Origin: Albugo candida
Lineage: Eukaryota
Direction of reading: 5' to 3'
Assembly (NCBI GenBank): GCA_040437565.1
Contig: JBDOQK010000008.1
Coordinates: 434,001 to 498,000 of the forward strand
Length of the DNA: 64,000 nt
Both the position numbers and the translations under genes were made by a program. Position 1 is the stretch's first letter. Every line of letters begins with the position of its first letter. Below are positions 33,990 through 45,600 of the stretch, one piece after another. Below the pieces are notes generated by a model. That model had not been told where the DNA came from and made no database searches. It saw nothing but the letters and a program-made list of their open reading frames with translations.

Positions 33990-36900
33990 TCATTTCGTTA
34001 CAGTGTGCATCGAATCACACTCGGTCTCTTCCAACGCTTGTTTGGACTCATGCACAACTGTCGCTGCAATCTCTCGCACAAGTCTCTCCTTTCGAACCCA
34101 CCTTCGACGGCGAACACAGCGCCCAACAAGCTGATTGAGCTTCTTTCGAAGTCGTTTACGATCCGAGTGTGATGCCACAGTTGTCGATCCTTGATTGCGT
34201 CGTCGTAATGAGAGTCGAGATTGTAGTGGAGCAGGTTTTGTATCCTGCAAAAAATCTTTAAATTTGGTCGCGTATTGCCACTGATCCGTTCGGCCGAATC
34301 GACTGTCGATCACAAAGTCTGATAAATCGAATGATGCTGATCCTTCGGTCATTTCTGCATTGGTGAATCTTGGAGGATCGACTACAAATAAATGACCAGG
34401 CACTGAGGATCCCCAGCCATTAAAGATCTGGTATCGTTGGACTTCATACACAACCTGATCATGAACTGGGAGGGCTTTGATCTTTTGCTCAAACGGCATT
34501 GAGGTCACTGACGCCTCGATGCGTTCTCGCGTCAGAGGACCACTCGACTGAAGTACGTCTACCAAACGCTGTCCTAATGAGTCAACCATTTGTACGACAG
34601 GAAGCAGGACGAGATCTCGCAGAGGATGAATAAATCGATCTTCCAGAACTTGGGTTGAAAATGCAAATCCCGTGTATGCACGTTCGCGATCAGCAGCAAA
34701 AGTTGTCGATGCCTGTGCCCTTCCAGCTCCTAGAGGGCTCGTGACACGACTTTTTTCGATTGCTGCAAAATCGGGTCTAGGAATATTCAAATCGGCTTCA
34801 AAATGCTGGTATCGAATTGGTGGAGGCTTCCATTGCGAAGATACATGATCCAGATTGTACAAATGCACTTCTTGCAAGATGTGATAGTATTCAGGTCGAA
34901 ATTCTCGTTTAAAGGCTTTATAGAGAAAATCTCGTCCCAAACACAGCACAATGGATAGATACACAACAAGATAGAATTCCTTGAGTGTGTAGATATATGG
35001 AAATGCGACGTCCGCCAAGGCGGTTGGAAAGTATACGGAAATGATGTATCCAGAAATGTACCAAAACACAAACGAGAAGGCAAATGCAAAAAATGTGACT
35101 AAATTCCAAGCGACGATATTCAGTGCCAATTTGACCCATCCAACTGTTATCATTGCACACCACGCCATGCCTCCACACACATCAATCGACAAGCTTGTAC
35201 CGCGAGAATCGACATGGCCGATAAGAAAGGCTGGCACCAACGCACACACTGCTCCTTCGTATAATGCTTCCAAAATCCATTCTGTAAACACAATCAAATT
35301 GAATTGGTCTCCCTGTGCACCGACGTAATACAGACTTGGAAAGGATTCAGCGATAGAAGCTGGCGATTCCTGCTCGAGAACTGCGACCACAGCAATTGGA
35401 AGCGAAGACCACAGTAAATTGTACCCGTTCAGCCACATGTTGTTGAAATATAATGTGCCGGATCCTCCACTTAGCGTCGCGAGCACAAAACATGTGCAAT
35501 ACAAAATGATATTTTTGTACACACAATAGAGACAAAGTTTGGCCATTCTACGATAATTCCAGTGACCGTGCACGAGCAGTAATCGTTTGAGAAATCGAAA
35601 TTGTGCAATTGCAAAATCACTTGCATTTACCGCTTGCATTCCTTCATGTCCCGAGATCCCAACACCAATATGAGCTTCTTGGATCATTCCGACATCATTG
35701 GCTCCATCTCCAATGGCCAAGGAGCGACAGCCTTGAACTTTCGATTTGTATAAGCGGACAACTTGAGCCTTTTGCTTGGGCGATACACGACAGCATATCA
35801 CTGCACAACAGAATTGCGACACATCCAGAAACAATTCGCTTATCTCATTGTGTGCGAACACCATCGTCAGACTTTTGCCATCAATAACGATAGCCTGTTG
35901 TGTGGATGTATTCACCGTTGTATCTTTCGGTGCATTGTTCATCTTTCTAGCGACTCGAGCGCTTGTGGCAGTCTCATGTAAAAAATCGTACAGAGACACG
36001 CTTGTTGGATAAGCTTCCGTGTTGATAATCAAGCGTTCCATGTCATTAGTCAGCAATTGGCACGCAAAGCCGATATTGATCGCTGTTTCTTCTTTGTCTC
36101 CTGTCAGCATCCAGATTTTGAGTCCAGCGTGCGCTAGATCCCCGATCGTTCTTGCTACATGGTCCTGTAGACGATCTTCGATTGCAGTAGCTCCAACCAG
36201 TTCAAGATCTTGCTCTAATGCATCCTCCAGCTCATCGATTTTATTAAATTCGCCTAGATTTTGCCTGCGCATCTCACTAAGGTCGGACAATGCAGCCTTA
36301 TACTTCTCCGACCACGACAAAAATGTACTTTCGTCGAGTTTTTTTTCTGCGAGGACAAGCGTGCGTAGGCCTTCACTGGCATAGCGCTCAAGCTGTTTTG
36401 TTGTTTCGGGAACGATGTTTGCGTCAATTTTGGTGATATCGAGGCGAGGGAATATAGCCGCGTCAGCACCTTTAGTGAGCAAAAGGATTTCTCGTTCTGG
36501 AGTCCGAACAATGACTGACATTCGCTTCCGTGCGCTACTAAACTCAATCATCTCCAGTATCTCGAATGTCATATCTTCTTGGCCATTAGAATTTGCGACT
36601 TGAATGGTGAGAGAGCCATTTCTTCTTGTCACAAACTCGTAACCAAAATACTTTGCTGCAGATACAAGAGCGAGTTCGTCTGGCGACGAGGCTGAGAACT
36701 TGGAAGCCGGCTCACAAAATATGGACACTGCATTGGAAGAGGATCCGGTCAAAATTTGCTCCGACAATGTTTTTGAGCGAGAATGTTGGCTGCTTCCCTT
36801 TCGGGGCACATTGTTGCGCTGTTTCCTGCTGGAGATTTTTCTTCCTCTGACTTCGCCTAGTTCGCTGTGTTGTGATGGCCGATGTTTTCTTGGCACCATG

Positions 36901-38996
36901 ACGGCATTACTTTTGGCTGCAGGTCGAGCTTGTTCCAAAACCACAGAGTGACATACGGCCAAGTGAATTAAGAAGCGTTTGATTTTCACCGATTGTTCTA
37001 CATTGGCATCAGCGTCTCGATCAAGTGTGAATTCGCTTCTTGGATCCACAAAATGCACGTTATCAACATGTTTGTCATGTGGAAGTTGGTCTGCAAGAAG
37101 GTCGCTTTGGGATAGATCTCTACCTAGTCGACGTTGAGCTTCTCTCCCGATCTCTGTGGTGCCATGGCCATAGGAGACTCCATTGATTGACATTTTACGA
37201 AAATCCATCACATTCGCTGTCAAAGTTCCGGTTTTGTCGCTAAAGATGTGAGTGACTTGGCCGAGATCGTCGTTTAAATCTGCATTACGAACCAAAGCTG
37301 GAGTATCTGTGTGCTCATCATACATGGCGAGATCGCGATTTAGGAACAGGGTCTGATAGCTCTTGACAATCGCTATGGTGACATAAAGAGTGATTGGCAC
37401 GAAGGAAGCTATGAGAATCCAGTAGTATCCAATGTAGATGAGCCAACCGATAAAGTCATTACGAAAAGGAGCAATTCCGCTGAGATCTCCCAAATATAAA
37501 TACGTCGCCCGATCGTAGTTGTTCGATACCCAAACAGAGCAATACACAGACCCAAGGATGCATAAAATCAGCAGGATGGAGATTAATATTCCCAGCCCAC
37601 TATTGACTGTAGCAAGAATCTTACTTTTCTTCGCTGGCGCTTCTGACCCCGACTGCATGATCTTGGTATCGGCTCCAGTGTTTAGAACAACTCCATACAC
37701 ATACGGTGTGTTTCGGATGACAGAGCCGCGCAGAACGATATTTTTCAGGTCGAATGGGATTGTGTGTCCATTTCGAGGCTCATATCGACCGGAAAAGTTA
37801 TTGACGTCATGATTCGGTAGCTCATAAATTACTCGGCCAGGTAAGTGACCGAGTGACCGTGGGTCATACAATTGCGAAAATGTGCAGCCCAAAGCCTGTC
37901 GAATCTTTAAGTTGGTTTCACCGTCCAAAGATTTTGTTTCTACAAAGCATATTCCGGCAGGTTGCTCTGGATTGGTCTCGGACACAGCAAGAAGTAAAAT
38001 ATCTGCTGGAACAAACTCATAATTATTGACTTTCAAGATGTCGCCCACACGAACATCCTTCCAAATTATTTCCGAGAAACAATTAGTCGCCAAGTTTAAT
38101 GAGTCGGAGTCGCTGGTTCCAGTTTGGTTTTCTGTGATCGATGAAGACACACGAGATCTACTCTGTGGCTCAGCTAGCTGTACGTCAAAAATTCTAGTGA
38201 TTTTAGCATTCATCTTAGCATCTGCTCGATGACGAACATTGTCTTCGAGTGCAGCAAAGACGGCATCAATGGAGATCACAATGCCAAGAACTATCCATTG
38301 GTATGGTAGACCAGAAGTAGACGATATTGCCGGGATAATCTGACCCACACCGACAAGCAAAAAATAAAAGTTTGCGGTCTGTGATAATCTTCCAAGGAAA
38401 AATCGAGGAATAAAATTTGTTTTTGTATATTTTGCTGTCGTGATTTTATTATCACAAAAATCAATGTTTTCATCTGGTCGATTCAAATACATGATACGAG
38501 ATTCCTGTTCGAATGAATCAATATCAGTGATTTCTGGCTCACTTGGTGAACTGAGTGGGTTAGCTGTGGACTCGGTGGCAGGTGTGCCCAATAAAAGGGA
38601 ACATAAAGATGTCCCGATATCAGAAAGCCTCGAAGCCGCTGTGCTGACCATCTGACTGACTGAGCTGTGACGAGAACGCTCTATTTCCGGGCCATTTTTT
38701 TCATTCTTACTGATTTTTAACTCGAATGTGGGAGGTGATGAATTTCCACTCTCCAACGATCTGAGCGTACCCTCGGAGTCACCAGATAAATCGCTTTGGA
38801 ACGAAATCCCACGAGAGTAATTAGTCGATACATTCTGTGTTTGATGTTTAGCTTTTGTCTTCTTAAAATTTGGGCTAGAGGGTGCTGCATCCTCTATGCT
38901 CTGCTGCTCACGAATGGTTGGAGATTGCGGCGCTGGAGGTAGCACAACAACATTCAAATCTTCTTCCTCCGACATTTTTTCGTCTGTTGAATACAT
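33990..38996 (-). CDS. P4-type phospholipid-transporting ATPase (flippase) with C-terminal DysF-like domain
   Basis: DGETNLK, PITLYV, DKTGTLT (phosphorylated Asp), SPDELAL, LTGDK, CCRVSP, GDGAND, GFAFS tail motif. The extreme C-terminus reads YEVQRYQIFNGWG...WQYA...RRRRWVR. Confidence 0.95.
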   Translation of the reverse strand: MYSTDEKMSEEEDLNVVVLPPAPQSPTIREQQSIEDAAPSSPNFKKTKAKHQTQNVSTNYSRGISFQSDLSGDSEGTLRSLESGNSSPPTFELKISKNEKNGPEIERSRHSSVSQMVSTAASRLSDIGTSLCSLLLGTPATESTANPLSSPSEPEITDIDSFEQESRIMYLNRPDENIDFCDNKITTAKYTKTNFIPRFFLGRLSQTANFYFLLVGVGQIIPAISSTSGLPYQWIVLGIVISIDAVFAALEDNVRHRADAKMNAKITRIFDVQLAEPQSRSRVSSSITENQTGTSDSDSLNLATNCFSEIIWKDVRVGDILKVNNYEFVPADILLLAVSETNPEQPAGICFVETKSLDGETNLKIRQALGCTFSQLYDPRSLGHLPGRVIYELPNHDVNNFSGRYEPRNGHTIPFDLKNIVLRGSVIRNTPYVYGVVLNTGADTKIMQSGSEAPAKKSKILATVNSGLGILISILLILCILGSVYCSVWVSNNYDRATYLYLGDLSGIAPFRNDFIGWLIYIGYYWILIASFVPITLYVTIAIVKSYQTLFLNRDLAMYDEHTDTPALVRNADLNDDLGQVTHIFSDKTGTLTANVMDFRKMSINGVSYGHGTTEIGREAQRRLGRDLSQSDLLADQLPHDKHVDNVHFVDPRSEFTLDRDADANVEQSVKIKRFLIHLAVCHSVVLEQARPAAKSNAVMVPRKHRPSQHSELGEVRGRKISSRKQRNNVPRKGSSQHSRSKTLSEQILTGSSSNAVSIFCEPASKFSASSPDELALVSAAKYFGYEFVTRRNGSLTIQVANSNGQEDMTFEILEMIEFSSARKRMSVIVRTPEREILLLTKGADAAIFPRLDITKIDANIVPETTKQLERYASEGLRTLVLAEKKLDESTFLSWSEKYKAALSDLSEMRRQNLGEFNKIDELEDALEQDLELVGATAIEDRLQDHVARTIGDLAHAGLKIWMLTGDKEETAINIGFACQLLTNDMERLIINTEAYPTSVSLYDFLHETATSARVARKMNNAPKDTTVNTSTQQAIVIDGKSLTMVFAHNEISELFLDVSQFCCAVICCRVSPKQKAQVVRLYKSKVQGCRSLAIGDGANDVGMIQEAHIGVGISGHEGMQAVNASDFAIAQFRFLKRLLLVHGHWNYRRMAKLCLYCVYKNIILYCTCFVLATLSGGSGTLYFNNMWLNGYNLLWSSLPIAVVAVLEQESPASIAESFPSLYYVGAQGDQFNLIVFTEWILEALYEGAVCALVPAFLIGHVDSRGTSLSIDVCGGMAWCAMITVGWVKLALNIVAWNLVTFFAFAFSFVFWYISGYIISVYFPTALADVAFPYIYTLKEFYLVVYLSIVLCLGRDFLYKAFKREFRPEYYHILQEVHLYNLDHVSSQWKPPPIRYQHFEADLNIPRPDFAAIEKSRVTSPLGAGRAQASTTFAADRERAYTGFAFSTQVLEDRFIHPLRDLVLLPVVQMVDSLGQRLVDVLQSSGPLTRERIEASVTSMPFEQKIKALPVHDQVVYEVQRYQIFNGWGSSVPGHLFVVDPPRFTNAEMTEGSASFDLSDFVIDSRFGRTDQWQYATKFKDFLQDTKPAPLQSRLSLRRRNQGSTTVASHSDRKRLRKKLNQLVGRCVRRRRWVRKERLVREIAATVVHESKQALEETECDSMHTVTK

Positions 38997-40242
38997 CGTG
39001 CATATGCTGGTCTCACTTGCCCTCAGAGTATTGCCAGATTCGCACGATAGAGATCTGAGGCTCAAAGAGTCACTGTCTCAACTGGTGCCGTAGTCCGCAC
39101 GCTGGGTATATTTATAACGCGGCCATCCACCCAATTTCTGTGCGTATCTTGACGAGTGACGACTTTTGGTGTATCTTTGCTTCAGGATCCAGCGGGTAGC
39201 TCTTTATCACCAAACTCTGATTTCTTATTCAGCTTACACTTGTTATTACAAGACAGATTTCCAGACAGATTGTAAAAGAACACAGGCATCGAATGCCGCA
39301 CGAGTATCTGGCTTGATCGATCCGTGTCACAAGGATAGGTGGGAAGATATGACACAGCATTGTTCTCATAGCCAGAAAAAAGAAGAAACTCATTTTGTTT
39401 AACATATTCCTTTGCCTTGGAAGTTGTGCTTTTCATTCTATCGCGTCCAATCGACTCTTGAGATGGACGTTTATGATCAGATGTGCATATAATTGCAGCC
39501 ACTGATGGCATACGACAGTCGTAGGATTCGGATCCCAGAGCGTCAATCCCATTGCAGGACAATCGATTTTTCATAGAACGAATTTGATCTCTCATACGAG
39601 CTTTTTCTAATTGATAAATGGGAGGCAGTAGTAAGGTCTTGAGACAACACACTAATTGATCAAAAACGTATTATTTTCAGTTTGTAGGTAGGATGTTTGA
39701 CGAACTGAAGAGAGTCATTTTAGTCAGAAAAAAGTTTTCAAAGTACTATTTACACAGTACGAAGTTGTGCGAATTTCGAACAGCCGAAACATTTCTGAAA
39801 TTGCTACCATCACTCGACACTGATTAATAATACACGAGCGATACGGATTTGAGATTTCAGCCGATGGCGAATGGTCAGATAGGATTATAACGTCGCTTAA
39901 TCATTATGACATTTAGGCCACCTCCTTATAAATAGCGTAAAGCCTTCTCTTCCGCAGATATACTGAAAATATATCGGCATCCATCGCGCTGTCTGCGATA
40001 GCGTCGGCATACTTTCCCTGACATTTGATATCAATTTTTTCACAGGATGATGATGCTGCACCCACACTTTATCATGAGCTATGATGTGGCCATTACATAC
40101 TGTCGTAGCGGTGAAACACATTTATTGATATGAATAATTCTCGATCTACCAAGTTGAAAACCTGAATGCTCCAAGTAATCAGCAGAAGAATACTCGGACC
40201 AGAATCGCTTACACGCATACATACAATGATGCGGAGTATACA

Positions 40243-42003
40243 CTATTCAGTCCTTTTCTGAGCATCGAATGCTAATTGTTCCCAGTTTGCATGACACAAC
40301 CAATATATACAATAGACGCCTCCGGACATCATCCCACAACACATACCCAGCCACAAACCAGCCAGTCCCAATTTCAATTGCTCGGCCATAAACATTCCGA
40401 AAGGCAGGGTGATCACAATGAAGGCAGCAAAATTGAGTCTAGCACCAACATTTTGTAGCCCGGCTCCTTGAAATATTCCTTGAATCGCAGCTGTTAGTCC
40501 TACAAATATCTGAAAGGGACAAGTCAACAGCATCAAAAGTGCCGTCAAGCTCACCACATCTTGATCCTTTGTAAACATGGCCGGATATGCGAATCGTACT
40601 CCAAACATCAAGGTAGAAGTGATCAATGCGAACATGATTGCGACACTGGCAGTGATGCGAGCAATTAGGCTTGATTTTTTCGGTTTATTTGCTCCTAACG
40701 CATTTCCAATCCGAACGGATCCAGCCATTGCAACACTCCCATAAAATATCCAGCTGAAGCGTCTAAAACTCGCGTATATCGCGCCCGCGCTCATTGCCAT
40801 TGCTGTGTCAGGTAGTCTTCCCGTGAATAAAGAAATCAAAGCGAATCCCCAGACTTCGAACAGGAACATAAGCAGTCCCGAAAAGCCCAAGCGAATAAAT
40901 TCGGGTAAGATTCGAAAGCATTCATCGAACCGCCATCCTTTCCATTCATCTTTGAAAACGTTGCTTCTGACTACGTATATCAATAAGGTTAGAGTTGTAC
41001 AAACAGCCATTGCACAGGACGCGATGGAACAGCTGATATAGCCCAGAGACGTATGCCACACCAAGATATAAATGACCACATGATGGGCGATATTTCCAAA
41101 GACCCCAGCATAAAGGATCGGCTTGACAATACTTTGACCTTGTAATACTTTGCGTAATAAAACATTAAACACTTGTAGCGGTATGCTGGGTAATGCATAC
41201 AGCACTAGCTCCTGAGCTAGGTAGGCTATAGATGGCATCTGACCTAACGCAATCAAAATCACAGCGGAAAAGCGCGATAGAATGCAAATAGGAATGAAGA
41301 ATCCCACAAAGACAATCAGTCCGGTCTGGAAGAAAATACTCAGCTCGTATAATTTCCCTGCACCAAATGCTTGGGAGCATAGTGTCTCCATTGCTGCAGC
41401 GATTCCCATTGTTATCGTGTACGAAGTTAACACAGTGAATGTGCATGATAGACTCATAGCTGCTAGGAATTTGCTACTATATACAACACTCAATCGTCCA
41501 ATTGCCACATTGGCGACGAAATCCGGGATAAAGTCGAGAATGTAAGACAGCAACTATAATGCGGAGATATATTAGTACTTACCCGAATCATTTTATAAGA
41601 AAAATCTTACCAATCGCACTGCCAGCCACAGCAATTGTGTTGCTTCTTCTTTTACTGACAACGCGGATATTCCGATTGCAGCTGACTCGCCAGTTGGCTC
41701 CAGCAAATACGTCAATTCCGTAGATCTCTTGCCAACATCATTTCGTAAATGATCCAATTGCGCTGATAAGTCGATAACGCGGTGATGACGATACATATTT
41801 CGTTTCTTCTTTCCATGCATTTGAAGCAGCCCAATTTGATCGTTCCGTGCCTTCTTGTGATACACTGGCCGCTTCTCGAATTGACTCAAATCACTGATAT
41901 GTACTCGAGCAGCATCATTGGCTTTTGGTTCACGTGAGACCAAAATGCTATCTGTGTTGAATGTCGCCTTACGTTTCGTGTTAGAGTGTTCCCGAGGCAG
42001 CAT
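40243..42003 (-). CDS. MATE-family efflux transporter, two exons
   Basis: METLCSQAFGAG, FEVWGF, SVRIGNALGA, QGIFQGAGLQ, GLAGLWLG, with a 12-TM pattern and one GT-AG intron near 41557-41610. Confidence 0.92.
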
Positions 42004-42607
42004 GTTGCTCGAATCCTATTAAATAAATTTTGAAGCGACGCCAAAATCAAATCGATCATTTAGATATTTCGACATCTTTGGTTCAGACACACTGATGGAT
42101 GACGTACAACAATCTGTCAAAATCCGCACATGTCAAGTCGATCGAAATTTTTAGCATATGATAGCTAACGGTGAAATAGACAACTCGAAGAGGCTCATAA
42201 GCGGCTGAATGGAACGTCATATTATAGTATCGCTTCGCATTTTACATTCCTACCAAAAGTGTGGCTATACATGAAGAATGCACTTTAAGTGAAGCATTGA
42301 GAATTAGACGTACAAAATGATAAAAAACAAGTCAACATCATGTCAGAGTGATGTACAAAGATCGTAGCCGTGATCGTCATATTGTGCTAATTGGCTCAAT
42401 TTTTACCAACAGAAAGTGATTTTGTACTCTTGTACACATACAAAAAGCAAATGCTACTGGATATCACGTCGTTTTTTCGTAGTTCAGATAACCCTATGCT
42501 TTGGAGCATCATAACGAATCGACATTACCGAAGTAAATTCCACCTGATTGGCTTAAAGTATGCAAGACTCGGAAGACTGCTGATCCCGATACTTTATTCC
42601 ATATCGA

Positions 42608-45600
42608 ATGAATATGACATCCTATTGCAAGCAGAAAAGAATACAGAGACAGCTTCCTCACAGTATCTCCTCATCCGAGCAAAAATCTCCCATAAATGCC
42701 TGCGAACAATCGAATTTGCTCGATACTGTGGATGTGAATCAAAGTTTGCATGAGAAAATAGATTTCGAACTACCATACGCTACATTGCGAAATGGATGCC
42801 ATGTGAAGAGACAACGCTTCAGTTTTACTAATCGAAAGAACGGGTATCGAAAATCCCGTTCAACTACCTTCAGAAACGCTGTAAATGTCAAAAGCAGCTT
42901 TTTTTCCTTCTCGAATTCGCGAAATTCTCTCTGTCATTCTCATTCATTTGATTCCTCGCAAAGTCATAGTCGTCGTGAAAGGACTTCATCACTGATGCGT
43001 CAGTCTATTCATGACCGTCGTCGTTCAGGTGACGAACAACCCCAAAATAATCTAATTTTGCCTAAAACACACAAGAATGCAGAAGTGCCCACCAGACCAG
43101 AACTCCTAAAAACACCGAGAAACGCTGCTGATAGAGGTTCCACCGACACTCTCCGGTGTGAGCCTCATCGAATGATTCCCAAATTTAATCCACGATCATT
43201 TCATTCGCGAAATTCATTGGCCGGGGACTCATTGCATAGTCGCATGGATTCTCTGGACAACACGATATGGAAGGCTTTTGAATGGACTTCACGACGATTC
43301 TCGGATTCAATCGCTATCACTGGACGCGAGTACCCTTCAAATGTGCATTTAATAGATAAAAGTAGTAAAACGTATGAAGCAAAAAATTACACTTGGATGC
43401 AGTATAAGGAACAGGTAGAAATGCTGTCAAATGGTCTCCTTCGATTAGGCTTTTGCGCAGGCGAAGGAGCAATTTTCAGCGCACGGTCTTCGATGGACAT
43501 GATCTGTCTAAATATGGCCGTTGTAGCATGTGGTGGCATCGTCAGTCACATACATTCGACTTGGACTGCTGAGGAAATTTGTGATGCTTTAGTTCCATGC
43601 GCCAATGCGACTCTGTTCATTCTCGATGAACTGAATGAGAATTTCATATCCGCCATCCAAGCCTTGACAAAGCCTCGAAGACCCTCTGAGCAATCAAAAG
43701 TCAAATTCGATTCGGAAATAGGTCCAGCAAGCGATTTGGCCTCATCAAGATCGACGACTCCTTTTCGTGCAGTGATCTTATTGAATGATCGATTTCCACC
43801 CGAAGAATTGGTCATGCTGAATATTTCTACACATATTTTTCACTTCCCCGAATTCTGTGAATTTGCCAGTCGAAATCTGCAATCCGATCCTGCTACCGAC
43901 CATGCCGAAGCTGAGCTTTTCAGCTTCCCAGCTCGAACGTCACAAGTCAAATCAGATCAGTGTTGCGTCATTTCTTTTGACTATGATCCAGAAGGAGAAA
44001 TTCGAGGTAGTTGTCTATCACACGACAACATTCTGTTCACATCTATGGTCCTGGCGAAATGTTTTGGACCATTGACTGTGTCGGATCGATTGATATCCTA
44101 CCTCCCTTTGCATCATATCGCTTCTCAAATACTGGAAATTTATCTTCCCATAGCCTCAGGAATGAGTATCATTTGTGCGCCAAGTTTCCGGGAATTCATG
44201 CTTGTCGACATCATCACAAAGTACAAACCAACTATATTTTTTGCGAATCCAGAAACCTGGGGTCATATCAGTACGCAAGTGTATAAAGCCAAAGGACAAG
44301 CCAATTCGTTTCTGTACCGTTGGGCAAAACAGCGAGCGACAAGTAACTCAAACAAACTTCGCTTTGGAAAGTATGGAATGAGCCGTCGTCGAAGTCTTGG
44401 ATACCTGGTGGCCAAGACACTGGTACTGGATAATATCAAGAAGAAAATTGGATTGCAGAGCTGTCACACTTGCTACTCGGTTTTAGCACCACTGGATTTG
44501 GACCTTGAGGGGCTTTTCAAGACCATAGATGTGCCCATCTATCAGCTCCATGGCTCTCCGGAAACCACTGGTTTTGGTGCTATCAATTACCCGCACGCTT
44601 GGGTTTTCGGGAGTTCAGGTCGAGCTTTGGATGGGACCCGTCTGTACGATAGTGAGGTCACACACGAAGTTCACTACAAAGGCCGGAATGTGTTTATGGG
44701 TTATGTAAGACCAAAGGCATCTTCTCGTGGTCGGAGAACCAGTGTGACCACCCGCAAAACGATTGAAGCGGCTTTCGCGTCCAAGGATGAAGAGAAGACG
44801 GATCCGGTACTGGAGATTCAGCCGCAAATCAATCCTGATGGCTGGTATCGATCTCCACAATATGGACATTTAACGCCGGAAGGCTTCTTGATGATCACAG
44901 ACACACCACGAGACTTTTTGGTCTTGTCAACGGGAGATTGCGTACCGATCAAACCATTCGAACGTGCGTTACTCCAGCAACCAGAGCTGGAGCGTGTGGT
45001 GTTGGTTGGAGATAATCGTNNNNNNNNNNNNNNNNNNNNNNNNNNNNNNNNNNNNNNNNNNNNNNNNNNNNNNNNNNNNNNNNNNNNNNNNNNNNNNNNN
45101 NNNNNNNNNNNNNNNNNNNGGGTTTTCGGGAGTTCAGGTCGAGCTTTGGATGGGACCCGTCTGTACGATAGTGAGGTCACACACGAAGTTCACTACAAAG
45201 GCCGGAATGTGTTTATGGGTTATGTAAGACCAAAGGCATCTTCTCGTGGTCGGAGAACCAGTGTGACCACCCGCAAAACGATTGAAGCGGCTTTCGCGTC
45301 CAAGGATGAAGAGAAGACGGATCCGGTACTGGAGATTCAGCCGCAAATCAATCCTGATGGCTGGTATCGATCTCCACAATATGGACATTTAACGCCGGAA
45401 GGCTTCTTGATGATCACAGACACACCACGAGACTTTTTGGTCTTGTCAACGGGAGATTGCGTACCGATCAAACCATTCGAACGTGCGTTACTCCAGCAAC
45501 CAGAGCTGGAGCGTGTGGTGTTGGTTGGAGATAATCGTCCATTTCTGAGCGTGCTTTTGTTTGTCAAATTACGACAAAATAAATCGGGTGGTAGAAGCAA

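Noticed and set aside
39182-39652. 156-aa ORF upstream of the P4-ATPase
   Set aside because: No motif, and no frame-preserving splice into the ATPase was found. It may be UTR or intergenic.
44601-45538. Apparent internal domain duplication in the acyl-CoA ligase-like protein
   Set aside because: Identical copies flank a 100-N gap, so this is an assembly overlap artefact.
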